From an uncultured bacterium (lineage in GTDB: Bacteria; Muiribacteriota; Ozemobacteria; Ozemobacterales; Ozemobacteraceae): a DNA stretch of 64,000 nt. The stretch spans positions 11,521 through 75,520 of the forward strand of contig CAYRYU010000026.1 of NCBI GenBank assembly GCA_964428355.1, written 5' to 3'. The first letter of the stretch is position 1. Each line of letters opens with the position of its first letter. The translations under genes were made by a program, and so were the position numbers. This document shows, one piece after another, positions 63,961 to 64,000 of this stretch. Under the pieces are notes generated by a model, which saw only the letters and a list, made by a program, of their open reading frames with translations, did not search any database and was not told where the DNA came from.

Positions 63961-63993
63961 GAAAGCGGCAGTCCGTGTTCGGATGCCGCTTTC
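63961..63993. terminator. perfect 10-bp hairpin downstream of the lipase gene (terminator-like, no clear U-tract)
   Basis: GAAAGCGGCA, 13-nt loop, TGCCGCTTTC. Located 70 nt after the stop at 63890. Confidence 0.35.
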
Positions 63994-64000
63994 GGGTGGT

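Noticed and set aside
1-64000. Search by eye for CRISPR arrays, tRNA/rRNA genes, IS elements, integrases and phage genes
   Set aside because: I found no regularly spaced direct repeats, no tRNA-like cloverleaf candidates in the intergenic gaps, and no transposase, integrase or phage-structural motifs in any long ORF. Absence by eye is not proof. tRNAscan, Infernal and ISfinder-type searches would be decisive.

Overview
High-GC bacterial chromosome segment, densely coded on both strands. I found no rRNA, tRNA, CRISPR array, transposase or integrase. All domain calls come from reading motifs in the translated ORFs; no database search was run. The cell-envelope genes point to a diderm bacterium whose outer membrane is tethered by SLH domains: two tandem SLH beta-barrel porins and lgt. 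Housekeeping genes are tilS and a heterodimeric ABC exporter with one degenerate ATP site. The main result is a repeated architecture. Three paralogous three-gene modules each encode a giant GspK/PilX-like N-anchored protein (657-894 aa) followed by two prepilin-type pseudopilins, at 12208-15993 (-), 19253-22562 (+) and 50967-54225 (+). No major pilin, ATPase, platform protein or secretin is present in the window. One module is translationally coupled to an ECF sigma / zinc-finger anti-sigma pair. Two modules lie next to translationally coupled pairs of very large membrane HAMP-PP2C(SpoIIE) proteins. In each pair the first protein has lost the catalytic Asp motifs and the second is canonical (23664-29374 and 55393-61550). 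An orphan STAS anti-sigma antagonist sits in the same neighbourhood, and no RsbW-type kinase is visible. A 12.8 kb segment (29.4-42.6 kb) is bracketed by 321 bp direct repeats of about 95 percent identity that duplicate the 5' end of gene 42276-43610. This segment holds accessory genes (GH5, methyltransferase, fascin-like/Vps62-like secreted protein) and many decayed genes. The decay includes a multiply frameshifted hydrolase, an in-frame TAA, a possible VWA frameshift, and remnants of a DUF2075 helicase and a restriction-enzyme-like gene. The fascin/Vps62 gene is split from its signal peptide by a G8 tract. Eukaryote-like domains are frequent: ankyrin twice, HEAT, TPR, a cPLA2-type lipase, fascin and Vps62.
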